In this document: piece after piece, positions 23,748-37,732 of the stretch
Layout: each line of letters begins with the position of its first letter
How positions within the stretch are numbered: the stretch's first letter is position 1
NCBI RefSeq assembly: GCF_018350175.1
Contig: NC_058368.1
Coordinates: forward strand, 27,034,001 to 27,098,000
Source: Felis catus
Lineage: Eukaryota
Length of the DNA: 64,000 bases
Reading direction: 5' to 3'
Position numbers and translations under genes: made by a program
The notes under the pieces: generated by a model
What the model saw: the letters and a program-made list of their open reading frames with translations, nothing else
Databases searched by the model: none
What the model was told of the DNA's origin: nothing

Positions 23748-24084
23748 GTTCAACTCCTATCTGGCAGCTTTAAAGAACTCAGAAATGCTCCTCCATATGT
23801 ACCCTTTCTTTTTCTCTCCTCTCCTCTTTATCATGTTTCTTTATGTCTTTATCCACTCCCTCCCTCCCTGCCATCTTTCCATCTCTCTGAGGAGTAGATA
23901 TAGTTAGCTTTGTCAGGAAGACAGGAGGACAATGATGGAACTTGTTGGAAAAGGGTTTTTCCCCCATTTTTCCTCTTTTCATTTCCTAGGATCTGTTACA
24001 GCTTTGATTTTATTAAATAAAAAATGAAAAATCTTAACAACTGGATTGTACATTCATAATGATGACAATTATAACAATCACAGT

Positions 24085-24285
24085 GATGATACTGACCTTG
24101 AGTGCTCACTGTGTGCCAGGAACTGTTCTTAATGCCTTAGGCATAACGGCTTCTGTAATCCCCAGCACAACACTGTGAGGTCAGACCTGCTCTCACCGGC
24201 ATTATGCTGATATAGACACTGCATCAGAAAGGTAAAGTCACTTGCCCAAGTTTCACAGCTAATTATGGAAAAGTTGGGATTCTGT
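24085..24285 (-). mobile_element. MIR relic
   Basis: GAGTGCTCACTGTGTGCCAGG..ACTGTGAGG..AAGTCACTTGCCCAAG..CACAGCT. Confidence 0.75.
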
Positions 24286-27200
24286 CCTCAGCCATCCTTT
24301 TCCAGTGTTACTGCTCTTACGTGCTCAGCCTTGGCCGCATCTCTTCTGAGGCAGAGATGATATATTCTATTCACTTTTTTGTATTCTCTTGAGAATTTGG
24401 CATGCTTAAGGAAGTATACCTTGAATTCATGTAGAATCGAATTAAAGGAACACCATCCACCTGGAAGAGAATGTCGTCCAAGGCTTCCCCACCTCAGGCC
24501 TCTGGAGAAGCGGCGTTTGTGATGACCTCCCAACCATGTTCGTGGACAAATGTTTGACTTGTTATTTGACACCATCTACTTCCTTTCTGTGTGAAACTCA
24601 TGAACTCGTTTCGTTTAGAAATTTTGGCTTTAAGGGAGAAAGTTAGGCTGTAGCTTAAGGAGGTTGAATTGAATTTATGTGCAAACAGTGAAACTGTGGT
24701 ATTATTTAAGCAAATGTAGCTGATAAGTTAATATATGAACGAAGTGGTGTTTGAAGAAATAGCTTGGAACAAGGAGTCAACGAACGCACTAGATGATAGT
24801 TATTAGAAAAAAATTTTCCATTAAGGTTTTATTTGCCTGGATGCAGTTGACTTCTTTTGAAAAAATACTTAGTTTTCCACTTATGAACATTTGACGCACA
24901 CACAAAATCAATATGTTTACATTCCAAGGCCAATATTTCTACTCCTATATATGATGTTAATGGTGGGAGAAATGAGTAGGAGAGCTACTTCTTTCTATAT
25001 TTGCTGCCGTGGTACAAGGATAGTGCTTTCGTACTAGGGCTCTGGATTACAGGGATTCACTATGTCCTCTAGTGCCTCACTCATCTGGTGGTCAGATTTC
25101 CAGCAATTCTATCGTATGGAACATATATATGTGCCTAGAAGGATAGGGTCATGGGGGGGGGGGCTAATGTTGGAAATAACCTTAAGGGTATTTGCCTTAT
25201 TTTGCAGATAAAAAAGTACAGCCCCAAATGAGTAAGGGCCCTAGCTGTGGAGTAGAACAAAGTCTCAAATAGAAAACAGTAATTACATAGGTTGTGTAGT
25301 GTTAACTCTATTAATTCGCTGTATAACTATTTGTTGAGTACCTTATAACGTGTAAGACATTAGAGATAGAAACATGAATTCTTGGACTAGGAAGTATATG
25401 GGTCTTCCTTGTAGCTCTTACTAAACATGTGCTCATGAAGCCACAGATGAGAAATATCTAAGAATGATCCTCATGAACTCTGAAGATGACAAGGACTTTG
25501 TTTTGTAAATTCCACGGTGTCTCATGCCTTCCAGGATATGAAGCTGCTGACCACAGGAAGAAATGAAAGGAATGATCACAGTGTAGGAATCTGACAATAT
25601 TTAGTATGAGCAAATGTACTGACTTAAAAAGCCTCTGAAAAATTATAACTTTTCATTCCAATGCTGTGTCTTAAGTTTGTGTTGATAACCCTGAGTCAAA
25701 AAAAAAAAAAAGGTTAAAGTTCTTTCAACCTGTTATTTTAGCAAAGTGATAAAGGGCACAATATATTTTGGAAAGCTTTCAAATATGGGGTATTGGTGTA
25801 TAAAAGGGGGAGCTTCACTTCCCTGGGACATTTACTCAAAAGGCATTAAAATTTGTTGAACACCAGCCATGCACAACTTATCTCTAGATCATGAATGGGT
25901 AAATTTGATGTTCAGGGAAAGGAAAGTGGCCACCAGGAAGGAAGTTGATGTTTAGCCATTAGCTTTACAAGGGGGTTTTGTATATGGAAGCACTATTATG
26001 AAGGTTGGTGTGCAAGGGGTCACGCTAAATGTGGGCTAGAGGGAGGGGGGGGAGAATAACAAAACTGCAGGCGGCCTTGGCAGTGTGCCAAATCCGTGAC
26101 TTCATTTAACTCTCTTGCCACTTCTGCATGGTGCCCAGGGTTCTCTCCGTCTTGCTCATGAGGAAGCTTAGAATCAAGAGAGGAGTTAATTTGCTCACAG
26201 TGTCACAGTTGGCAAATAGCAGGATTTGAATTTAGATGTACATGATTGCAAAGCCCCAGGCTTGGTCAGCTGGGTCTGACTCAAGTAGCATTTCACTCTT
26301 CACCCGACATGGACTGTAGCCTGAGGGACACATGCATTCTTTCCCTTTTGTGTCCTTCTACGCCTCCATTCAACAAATATTTGAAAACCAGCTTTATGCC
26401 GGACTCTTTCAGGAGAGGCAGATACAAATTAAGAGAAAAGTTGAACTACAGGGTAATATAAGACATGATAAAGGTACTTGACAAAAGCATGTGAGGGTGG
26501 TTGGTTTTTATTTTAGCCTATAGACTCAGTACGATTACTTTAAGATCATCCTGCTTAGACGTGGGGGATGTTTTTGAAATTTTTAACATTGATGAGCCAC
26601 AAACACAGAATTACATCATTTGTAGTTAGCAGATCCATCTTTTTTTTTTTTTTAAACTGCATGTTGGTGCTAAGTTGGTGATGTTGGCCCTGATGGAATA
26701 AACAAAGGCAGGCTTTCTTTTGCTGTACTTTCAGGGCGATAGCTTTCCCGTCCAATACCCTGTACCAATATTGTAGGCACAATACTTCTTATAGCACATC
26801 CCAGATTTCCAAGTAAGTGGGGTATCACATGATGATGTTTTATGGCCTCACCAATTCTGAATCAGTGAAGTCTAGATTAATGAAATTTACAGCACATAGA
26901 GTGAGAGAGTCAGAAATACACTAGCAGCATATTGTAGAAGCACAGGATCCCAAGTCAGAGGATCTGGGTTTGCGTGAAGGCTCTTTCTCTTGTGTAAGAC
27001 TATAAATCGCTTTGGGCCTGGATTTATTTAAGTGCTTATGTCACATAGTGTAGCGTAAATTAAATGACACAGTAGATGTGAAAAATGCTTTGCAAAGAAA
27101 GTTACAGTGTGTGCTTGTGCAGGGTTTCGGGTGTCATGTGAGGATAATAGGACATTTAACATTGGGCTCAAGCTGTGAAGGAAGAATATAGAAAAATAAG

Positions 27201-28737
27201 TGGAAAGAGATGGTTTTGACCATGGAGGGTAAAGAGTATCAACATGCACCTTAGTTTTGTCTGCTCAGTTCCTCACCATTTCCTGTAACAGGTACATTAC
27301 ATTGGCATCCTTGCAGCTTCTGCTTCCAGCCCCTGGAGTTGCCTTTAAGATGTCTCATGGTGGTGTCAGAGGGCCACCATGTTGACTGTGCCCTTGGTTT
27401 CTCATCCATTACTTTTTTCCAGTCACTCACTCCTAGTGGTGCGTTTGTCTGTACTCCCCAGGGCTCCATCTTGGTCATGGGCTTAGGCTCTCACTAGGAG
27501 CAGGCTCTCTGAGTCAGGTTCCTATGAATTACTCCCAGTTTGTCCTGACTCTTGCTCTCTGTCTTTCCTGAACTCTCTTTGCAAATCTCAATTACCATCC
27601 TACCAAAAAAAAAAAAAAAAGAAAAAAAAATCTAATGATATGAGAAGATGGTGTGTCCAAGCAATTAAAAGCATTCCATAGGGCAGAATGGACAGGAATA
27701 GATAAGGCCTGGGTGGAAGAGCTTGATGTGAATGGAACCTTGGTGAGAGCCTGCAGGGAGTTTCAGAGTGAGCCACCTGAGTGTTTATCTAACAACGGGA
27801 CAAGTGTCCACTGTCCTTTTGTGTGTGCTGACAGCATATCCCTTGTATACCTTCATGAAAGCACTTGGTAAGAAAATCAGTGCCAGAGGAGAGTGATTCC
27901 CATCTTTATATATGATTTTAGCCCCGAAAAATGATATTCTAAATCTCCAGTTTGGAGGATGGGGGCGTAACTGACCAAGCTTCTCAAACTCTTTCTTCCG
28001 AATCCCCGTCTTTGGGTGTTCTCGGTCTAGTTATCGTGACTACCGCGAACTGTGGCCCTGTTGTCCATCAGTGGGGCTATGCGTGCTCTGCCGGGGTCCT
28101 TTGGAAAAACATGATTAGAGAAAAGCAGTAGAGAGGAAGTCTACAAACCAACAAGAAAACAAACAACCCACATTCAGTAGGAACAGAGAATGTATGACTC
28201 ACAGGGACAAACACAGAGGCAGACACCCCCTCACTGTTTCCCTTTCAGACTTCAAAATGTTGTGAGGTGGGAGTCCTCACAGCTTCTGAGGGAGAGCCTG
28301 GCAGAGTGAAGCCTATTTTTAAAACTTGTATAGGTAGGATGCAGACTCAACAGCGTGTCCAGGCCTCCCAGTCCTGCCCCTTGTGTTTGTCTTCTTTAAA
28401 TACGATCTGAATTATTTTAGTGATGATTCCACCTGGCTGAATTTCTCTCTTTTAAGTGATGTTTCAAAAAACCAGACCTGTCAGCAGTTTGGGTCTATCA
28501 TTTTTGTTTTCCTTTTTCCTAATATTTGTTTGGGCTTTCGGTGCTTTTTGAGAAACCTAAAGACTAAGAGAGGAATCCCGGATGAAGTATATAAGGAGGT
28601 GCTGCTCTGCCAGTGAGTCATGGGCACATGGGCTTCTTCCATTGATGAGCAAGCTCCATCTGCGTCACCCTTAGGAGGGTTTCTGAAGAGCTTGTGCACG
28701 GGGGACCTTGTTGTTTGTAGTTAAAATGCCCATTTTA

Positions 28738-28949
28738 GGGGCACCTGGGTGGCTCAATTGGTTGAGCATCTGACTTCAGCTCAGGTCATGATGAAGCGGT
28801 TCATGGGTTCCAGCCCTGCATCGGGCTCTGTGCTGATGGCTCAGAGCCTGGAGCCTGCTTCGGATTCTATATCTCCCTCTCTCTCTCTGCCCTCTCTCTT
28901 TCTCTCTCTCTCTCTCTCAAAAATGAATAAACATTAAACAATTAAAAAA
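28738..28949 (+). mobile_element. Can-SINE (felid type)
   Basis: Complete element; TSD TAAAATGCCCATTT (28722-28735) / TAAAATGTCCATTT (28950-28963), one mismatch. Confidence 0.95.
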
Positions 28950-29249
28950 TAAAATGTCCATTTAAAAAAATCTGTGTCACATTTTAGTTTAGGGTTTGAT
29001 TTGCTCTATGTAAGGTTTGCTTTCGTGTTAACTGATTTTTTTTTTAGTTTTATCAGTCACATTTTATAGAGTATTTAAATAGCGTCTAGACAGGATGAGC
29101 TAAAGGAAATGCAGCAGTAGCACCCCACCCTTATCCAGAATGTGTGTGCTCACATTGAGAGCAGCGCTCACAGGGCTCCTTGCACATTCTAGAGGATCCC
29201 CAAAAGAGTGTGATATATATATGGTGTCATCTCCTGTGAGGGAAGCTTG

Positions 29250-29440
29250 TTCCTAGCGTTAGCTCTGCCGGTCAGTTGCTGTGTGACCTTCAGCAAGACC
29301 CTTCACCTCATTTGCCCTCAGCTTTCTTGCAAGTTAATGGAAATAACACCAATAACAATCTTTCTCTTTCTTCCTTGAAAGATTACTGAAATAATTGTAA
29401 ATTTTCTCTGAGTTGCAAAAACCACTTACTAAGCATTATA
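29250..29440 (+). mobile_element. MIR relic
   Basis: AGCTCTGCC..TTGCTGTGTGACCTTCAGCAAG..CTTCACCTC..GCCTCAG core. Confidence 0.6.
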
Positions 29441-29679
29441 TGTATTCATGTATATCCAAATGGATATATGTGAGTGTGTGTGTGTCCATGGATCGCACAT
29501 GCATACGTTTGCTATTCACATTAAGGCAGGAATCAAGCAAGCAGAACTTGAGTTCTTCGGTGGACGCAGGCACTCTCGCTGCTTCCATATGTCTGCCACA
29601 CGGCACGTGGCACCTTGTGTGGTCTTCGTAGGTCGTTCCCCAGGGATCTTCTGCATCTCAGTAAGTTCCGTCTCCTCCT

Positions 29680-30845
29680 CTTCAGCAATCGTCTTTGATT
29701 TCTCTTCCCCCCACACCCCCCATATCCAGTCTATCTGTCGCCAAACCTGTCAGCTTTTTTTTCAAATGTATCTCAAAGCCACCCACCTCTCCCACCCTTT
29801 TCCAGACCACCATCATCAGCCTCCGTTGACCGCCTCTCTGTAATGCATTTTCCACATGGTAGCCAGAGTGACCTTTCACAAATGTAAAACACATTAAAAT
29901 GAGCCCTGCTTAAAACTAGCCAGTGGCTCCTGGTGCTTTTAGCATGAAATTCAAAGTCCTAACCATGATCAACTTGGCTCACCTTCATGCCGTCCCTCTC
30001 TGCCTCGTTCACCAGACTCTGGTGAAGCTGAACTTCTTCAGCACACCATACTCTTTCTTACCTTAAGGGTTTTTAAAATCAGACTTTTTGTAGAGCAGGT
30101 TTGGGCTCACAGCAAAACTGAGCAGAAGGTGCAGAGAGTTCTCCTGTCTCTCCTCTCTCCCCTGCCCCCTACCCCATGCGCATGGGCAGGCGCTTCCCCT
30201 GTGGACATCCCACACGGGAGTGATGCTTCTTACAGCTGATGCTCCTACACTGACACATCTTTATCACCCAGAGCCCATAGTTTACTTTAGGGTTCACTCT
30301 TAATGCATATTTTATGGCCTTTGACAATGATACAATGTCATATATCTGCCATCATATAGTATTGTACAGAACAGTTTCACTGTGTAAAAATCCTCTGTAC
30401 TCTGCCTATTCATCCCTCCCTCTCCCCAACCCCTGGCAACCACTGATCTTTTGACAGTCTCCACCATAGTTTTGCCTTTTCCAGATGTCATACAATTGGA
30501 ATTAGACAGTCTGTAGCCTTTTCAGATTATCTTCTTCCACTTACTAGCATGCATTTCAGCTTTCTCTCTGTCTTTTCATGACCTTAAGGATTTGCTGTAG
30601 CTTTTTGCTCTGCGTGGCTTTTCCTGTCCACCCTATTTAACTAGCCTCTCTTATCATTCTGCCCTGTTGTATGCTCTTCATAGCACTTATTCCCTTCTAA
30701 CATGTTCTTTCTGTTTACTGCCTGTCTCTCCAGCAACATCTTAGGCTCTGTGAGAGTGGAGGTCTTGTCTGCCTCATTCCTGACTCTATCCCCAGTACCT
30801 AGACTAGTCCTTCATCCACAGTAGGTGTTCAGGAAATGTGATGAA
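29680..30845 (+). mobile_element. L2 LINE 3' relic interrupted by an L1MC fragment
   Basis: GTAGCCAGAGTGACCTTT, CTGCTTAAAAC..CCAGTGGCT, CTCTTCATAGCACTTAT, TATCCCCAGTACCTAG..AGTAGGTG end motifs. Confidence 0.7.
30073..30580 (-). mobile_element. L1MC-like LINE-1 3' UTR fragment
   Basis: AGAGCAG..TCACAGCAAAACTGAGCAGAAGG..CCTACACTGACACATC..CCCTGGCAACCACTGATCTT; TSD ACCTTAAGGGTTT (30060-30072) / ACCTTAAGGATTT (30581-30593). Confidence 0.85.
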
Positions 30846-31750
30846 TTACCTGGGTATTAAGAACCTTTAGCTTTACTCTTCTCTTCCACCCGGTTTTCAA
30901 GGTGACAGACTCATTTACACTGCTTCGGGTTTTGTTCGGAAGAAGAGGCAGACATTCATGTTAAGTCACTGAGTCTGAGAATTATTTCTTGTTCACCTTT
31001 GGCTTCTGAAGCTTTCTTGGTTGTCTGCTGAATTTAATGGGTCTCCAGGCGAGTAGCAGTTGGTAGCCTTGGTGGGAATCAGTCACATCGCAAGAGAGAA
31101 CAGAGGCAGTAGAAAATGATTAAGGGAAAAGAGCAGAAAAGTATGATTTAACATTTATTGAGTCACACATTGTAGTCAAAGCTGTGTATAACATAAAAGC
31201 GAATTAGGAGACGAGTCAGATATAAAATGAGTGAGCACACACAAGCACACAAATACTGCAGAGAGGAGGGTATTTCTTCAGATGCCTTCTCTCATTTACC
31301 AAACTGTAGTCTTATCAAAATATATAGGCTAGTTCAGGAGGGAAATAATGCATCCAGTGCTTGTGGCCCAGTCATGCCCTATGGGGCACAGACAGGCCTG
31401 CAATTTCATTACTGCTTTTTAAAGAAACTTTCTCTAAGGCTAACAGACTTTCTGGGGAGGCCAAAGCAAGTGAAGCTGAGTTTAATGTTCTCATTAAAAT
31501 GTTAAAGAGGCTTTATTCATGAGCGACTAAAGCTGTAATTGCTTTATCCTCGTAAACTATGAAAATATGTGGTGATCTCTTACAGAGGCATCCACCCAGT
31601 CCCCTCTGTCTGGAAGGTCTGTTTAATGGAGGGCTTGGCTGGATCAAGGAAGAGACTGAGAAGATTTCCCGGATTATATCCCTCAGGGACCTAGTGGAAG
31701 TGGTGGCAAGGGATACTCCTTCACTGATCTATTTTCATTCTGTAGCTCTT

Positions 31751-31969
31751 TTTTTTAAATTTTTTTAATGCTTATTTATGTCTGAGACAGAGAGAGACTG
31801 AGCATGAGTGGGGGAGGGGCAGAGAGAGAGGGAGACACAGAATCCAAAGCAAGTTCTGGGGTCTGAGCTGTCAGCACAGAGCCCCATGCGGGGCTCGAAC
31901 TCACAGACTGCGAGATCATGACCTGAGCTGAAGTCAGATGCTTAACCAACTGAGCCACCCAGGCGCCCC
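31751..31969 (-). mobile_element. Can-SINE (felid type)
   Basis: T tail, (GA)n segment, ends GAGCCACCCAGGCGCCCC; TSD decayed. Confidence 0.95.
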
Positions 31970-34792
31970 TATCGCTCTTGTTTTGTATGCACTATTTGAC
32001 TACTGGATCTGAAGTTCAGATCTGGAAATGACAGGCGAACGCATATAAAGGCACACGCACACAAATGTTGTGGAAGGGAGTGGTTTTTTATTGTTCCCAT
32101 AAGCACTAGCTTATTGAGATGAGAATGGAAGAAATCCAAAAATGTTGAGGTATTAGTGAAATTGAACGGAGAATTTATGTTGAAAAGGTGTCATGTGAAT
32201 CACAGGGGAGAAGGCACTCAGAACTGGCTTCAGGAGGTATCAGATCCCTTTGCCATTCTTAATGCCCCAGTGCAAAAACATAGCTGTAGAACTTTAGGTA
32301 GTGAGTACAGATGGCAAATACAGCTATTTTTTCTTTCTGGAAATGCTTGTCATACTGTATGGATATGACTGAAAAAGTAAAGCTGGGATTCTTGCACAGC
32401 TAGGAAACCATATTGCTGGAAAGCTCAAAATGACATTTAGGAGGTAGAAAAGAGTTAAAACACGCTGTCTATTCTTCAATTCCCTATTATTAGAAAACCC
32501 TATTTGTTGAATGGTAACAAATCGGGGTCTCATGATATGCAGATGTAGTAAGGTAAGTAATATCTAGGGAGTGTTTAAAATTTTTTTTCCCACTGATGGG
32601 TCAGGTAGATGTTTTACTCTGGGTCAGATTTAAATTAAAATACATGTGTCCTAGAGCTGTCAACGTTTTTTTCTTCAAGGGGTCAAATCGTTCTCTTCAG
32701 ATGAGAGTGCAGGGCATTTGTTAAAAGCAATTCAAGTCTGAGGGAGCAGTGGAGTTGAAATCACAGGGGGTTCTTCCTATGTGATAGATTAGATAGGTTT
32801 CTGAGCAGTTCTTTTCTGGAGGGGTGATCATCTCAGCCTGATGATGTTAATGGTGTTCATGTTAAAAAGAACCTCTTACAGTTTTTGAACATAAAGTGAA
32901 TTCCAACTTCTGGAATGCTGTTGATTGTGTGTAATGAAATACATTTTTAAAAACCTATTAAGAGATTCAGAACAAGATGTAACAAATTGCCACTGCGGGC
33001 CGGGCCAGCTCTGCCTCTCGCTCCTGCTTGATTGATGGGGCGTGACTTACAGTCTCTGTTTTGGGGAATCACTAATGTGGTCCCTGCGTTCTGAGGCGAA
33101 TCCAGGGAGATGGGGACTCTGTAGGTTCTGTTTAGGCATAGTTCAGCTTGTCATGTCTCCTTTTCCCCTTATCCAAGGTAGGATCACAATCTACAGTGAA
33201 CCCATTCTGGAGCTTTCTTGGCTTGCCTAGAAGATCTTAGGGGGATTGTGCCCAGGTCTTCACTCCCTAGTGTCACACAAAAACTGCTGAAGAAGTGTAA
33301 TGGTATGATGAGACCATCAGAAAAAAAAAAGTGTGTATCATGGGAACAAATGGAAGGATTGACTAATTTCTCCCCAGCTAACTGTATTTTTTTTTGAGAA
33401 CTTTTGTCTGTTTTTTAGAGTTTTTATTTCTGCTCATTTGCTATTAGAAAGTTGGTTGTCACATTGGGCTATTCTGTGTCCCCATCCAACCAGCCCCTCT
33501 TCCTTTTTACTAGATCTTGGAGGTGAGTTACATCCAAGATCCTATGTTGACCATAGGATTAGATGACAATGCCAAAAACCTCAGGGAGTTTTCCAAAATG
33601 CTTTAGTGTATGACAGTGTTTTCCTCCAGCTACTTAGTTCTGTTGTGTCTTAGGCTTGTATTGATTGGTCAGTTGGTTGTTTGATTAATTGACTCATTCA
33701 TCCATCAAATATTTTGAGAGCGTATACTATATGTGAGGGGCATATGCTACATCTAGGGAATGGGATAAAAGACTGGGATTTGTCTACAAAGTTTTGCTGA
33801 TAGTTCACAGGGGTCGAAAATAGAGTGCAATGCCCAAAGAAAACTAAGTTGCTTTTCTGCAAATCAAAGAGTATGTGTGCAATTGCCATATCAACAGCCT
33901 ACTCTGTGGCATTCTCTGTAAGTGCGTTTCATGTGGGAAGTGGTACCAGACATTTTCTATATTACAACAATCTTCATATATTTATTAAGCTGTAACTTGT
34001 AAGGCTTCCCGATGGGGTGTTAAATGAGCCTTGTTGCGTGCTGCATTGTGTCTTTGTCAAGAAGCACTCAGTTAACTCTGACCTGTGTCATTCATCTTCC
34101 TTGGGCTGGTAATGAGGCACATTTCAGTCATTCCAGGAGGCTTTAGGGCATCTGCACAAGGAGAAGACTAATGAAAAGGTTGGATTTATGGGGGGTTGGA
34201 AGGAATGCACTTAAGGAGAACCAGGATAGAATGAAACCCTTTTGCCTAGTGTGTTTGATATCTTTGTACCCATTCAGCACAGCAGTAGAATAATCCAGAA
34301 TTGTTCTACATTTTAAAACGTAAGAAAATGCTAGATTACTATGTTTTTAAAGTGTTTTTTTCTTCTCAACTGTTCACCTGGCATGTTAGGAGAATCTGGA
34401 AACTCTAAGTATAGCAGTGGAGGCAGTAGAGGCAGCCAACAATTCTGTCATTTCTAAGGTGTATGCTTGGGAGAATTGGCCACAGACTGATAACAGAGAT
34501 TGACTCTAGGAGAGGAAAGAGAGAGGAGGGAAATAGAAGTGTGGGGATATTAGTGGAGCAAAGGGAAGAGAGATCAAGGGAAGAGAGAAGAAAGATGTTC
34601 TGTTGTCCTTGCTCCTGCCCCTTATCTCCTTCTCACAAAATACGGGTGTGAAAAAGCCGGCAGATTGAAAGGAAAAAGATGAGAGTTGAATTAGAGACCA
34701 GTGGGCTCCTAGAGGTACTAAGGGAGAAGGAAAATGAATGAGAGAAATCACAAGAATAAGTGAGAGGGAAGGGGGCAGGATAAGAACTATTT

Positions 34793-35013
34793 TTTTCTTA
34801 ATTTTTTTTCCAACGTTTATTTATTTTTGGGACAGAGAGAGACAGAGCATGAACAGGGGAGGGGCAGAGAGAGAAGGAGACACAGAATCGGAAACAGGCT
34901 CCAGGCTCTGAGCCATCAGCCCAGAGCCTGACGCGGGGCTCGAACTCACGGACCGCGAGATCGTGACCTGGCTGAAGTCGGACGCTTAACCGACTGCGCC
35001 ACCCAGGCGCCCC
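34793..35013 (-). mobile_element. Young Felis-type Can-SINE
   Basis: CpG-intact body; perfect TSD GGATAAGAACTATTT at 34778-34792 and 35014-35028. Confidence 0.97.
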
Positions 35014-36114
35014 GGATAAGAACTATTTAAATGCAGGGAGAAGAGACAGGCAAAGAGAGGGGTGTGCACACGGTGGTCACACTGAGACCCTCGATTGCTG
35101 CCAGCAGTGCACCTGCCAAATAGCCAGTGTCCCTCACCTAAGACATTTTACTGACTTTTGTATTCAGTTTAAAGCAATTCTCTTTATGGTCCCCAAATTG
35201 CTGGTTGCGGTTTCGTTGACACTCTCTGTGATCAAATAGCAAATGTGGAGGCACTGTTCTGTTATCCCTGCCCCCTTGCAGTGTTCCGCAGACTTCCGCG
35301 TTAGTGCTTCTTGTATTTGATGTTTGCCATTCCTCCTTGTCTACAGGTAGGAGAGTTGAAAGGGAAAAAATATTCCTAAGGCTGCCACATTTATAGCTCA
35401 TGCATACAAATATTCAAAGCAGTTGAACAAAAGCTATAAAACCAGAGTCAATTTTTTTTTTTTGAGTAAGGTAGTTGACTCTTTCATTGCTGGTACAGGG
35501 ACTTGCCCTAACCTAACACCACACTCGCTATGCCTACAGGTGGGCTGCTTCTTGAAAAAATGTTCATCTTTGTTTGTTTGTTTGTTTGTTTGTTTTTCAA
35601 AGCTCAGCACAGGAAGCTGCTTTGATATTCCAGATCTGGGTCAGGTGCTTTCCAAGTGTGTACCAGTGCCCAACTCCGTACCCTGCTTTCCTGTGCTGAC
35701 CTTTCCCTGTTAGACCTATAACTCTGTGTTGTAATCTCTATCCTTCTACTAGACTTTGGGCTCTTTGCACAGTGTTAGTTATTGTGAATTACCTAAGTAG
35801 ATATTCACTTACTGGTTATAGAATGAATGCATGGCCTATGATGCTGGTCTTTTGAGTATAAAGCAAAATCCTTCTAGAATTATGCTATGCTTTTAGGTAT
35901 CAGTTTACAATCAGCCTACGTGTTCTGGAAAAGAAAAGGTGATTTAGGCAGCAGGAGGGGGTTTCTGGGGAGTTTAGTAAGTCCCCAGATTCTCGCAACT
36001 ATAGTAAAGGGATTGTGATTTCATTAACTCCTGGCCACCGGAGGACAGTCTTGAAGTTTCAGGCAACTTCCTTCTTGTGATTCTAGTAATCATAAGCCAG
36101 ATGTACTTCAGAAC

Positions 36115-36272
36115 CATGCTTCTCAGACTTTAATGTGCATGGGAATCAGCTGAGGTTCTTGTTAAAATGCAGATTTTATTCCAGTAGGTTTCAAGTGGGT
36201 TCTCAGGGACAGCATTTCAGGCTCTTGGGTGATGCTGAGGTTGCTGCTCTATGGATCTGACTTGAGTAAGAG
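36115..36272. mobile_element. MER5-like hAT-Charlie relic
   Basis: TTCTCAGACTTTAATGTGCA..GAATCAGCTG..CTTGTTAAAATGCAGATT..GGTGATGCTGA..TTGAGTA. Confidence 0.7.
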
Positions 36273-37732
36273 GACTTCAAAATACTTTCTAGAAAATAAA
36301 GTTGGGATTTATTCTATGAAAAGATCTAGATGCATTTTTATAGTTTTTACAACAACAGATTTTCTTAGAGACAACTTAAAAGTATTTGTTATTTTATCTT
36401 AGAAATTTGTAAGAGGTCTTTCCCACACTTAAAAAATAGTAATCTTATACTGATCAGCCACCCAAACTGATTTTGAATGATAGTTCCCTTAACTAACATA
36501 CAGCTTTATTCATTTAGGCTTTCTTAGATTTGGGAGGCCCTGGCTCTAGCATTGGCCCTGATGCAGCTACTTTGGCAACAAGGACTACTTTCAGAGCAGA
36601 GATATTCTCTGGAAGATTGACAGTTCATAGGCTGTGTTTCTGTTAAGACCTTCACATTTATTGATCGTTACCAGGTTAGCACCATGCAGAGACCTTCTCC
36701 AAGGGCAGTCAGTTGGAATGGCTAGAAATGCAAAAGGGCAGTGTTCAGCTTGAACTTTGCAAGTGAAACCTTGCATCTGCTTACATGTGTTCAAACAGCT
36801 CTCTGAATTTGATGTTTAGAGTTTCTTCTAACAAGGTGGCCTTTATTTTACAGGTCCTTTGCAGCCAGCATGATATCATATCTATAAGACATGGAGGAGA
36901 GAGAGCTCACCATGCTCAGGTAAAGGGACGGTGTGGCCAGGGAGCAACAAGTAGGACTAAGGACAGGTTGTTTGTCACTGTAGGAGAGGTGATTCAGCTT
37001 AATTATACCATTGACGTCATTCTCTTACGTGTGTTTTACTCACGTCTGCCTGGGGTGCAGAGGGCCTGTTCTGGGTGAGCTCAGTGAACTAACATGAATT
37101 GGGGGAACATCTACAAAGTACCTACAACAGGGCCTCTGTAAACAGCCTGTGGGGAAACAGGACTTGTCACGGGAAATCTCCTTCCATTTTTTACAGAGTC
37201 AACATAGAATTATTGTTCATCTTACTAGAATTATTCATCAACATAGAATTATTGTTCATCATACTATTGTTCGTCTTTATTACCCTATCAGAAGGCTTTC
37301 ATCTTTTCAACCTGTATGTAAATATGTGAATATTGAAACTCTTCTAATTAAAGTCTTATCTCTGTCCCCTTATCTGGAGTTGCTGTTCTAAATATCCTTT
37401 GCATCTTCCTTTTAAATAAATGCATGTTTCACAACTTTGATTTGCCCAAATAGGTCACCAAGATTAATTTTCCATTAACCTTTATTGCTTCTGTTTCTTT
37501 CTAATCATCTTTTTAGAGGATTAAAGAGTTCCCATTGGGTCAGCCTTTATATAGGATATAAATCATCTTTTTCTTTGACGGCCTTTATGGAACTGCTGTG
37601 GAAGGTGGTGATCTTTGGTCTGGTGACTGCACTTGCCCCTGTAACTGAGTCAAAGCATCTGTAGAAAGACCCACATGGAGAGTTCTGTTGACTGGCAATT
37701 TTTTCCTTGGCCTCCCTTCTTTTGTGACCCAA

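Noticed and set aside
23181..23897. Long ORFs encoding poly-Gly/Arg/Glu (190 aa, -) and poly-Ser/Phe (217 aa, +)
   Set aside because: They are stop-free readings of the CCT/CTT/CT microsatellite, with no non-repeat domain or supporting exon structure.
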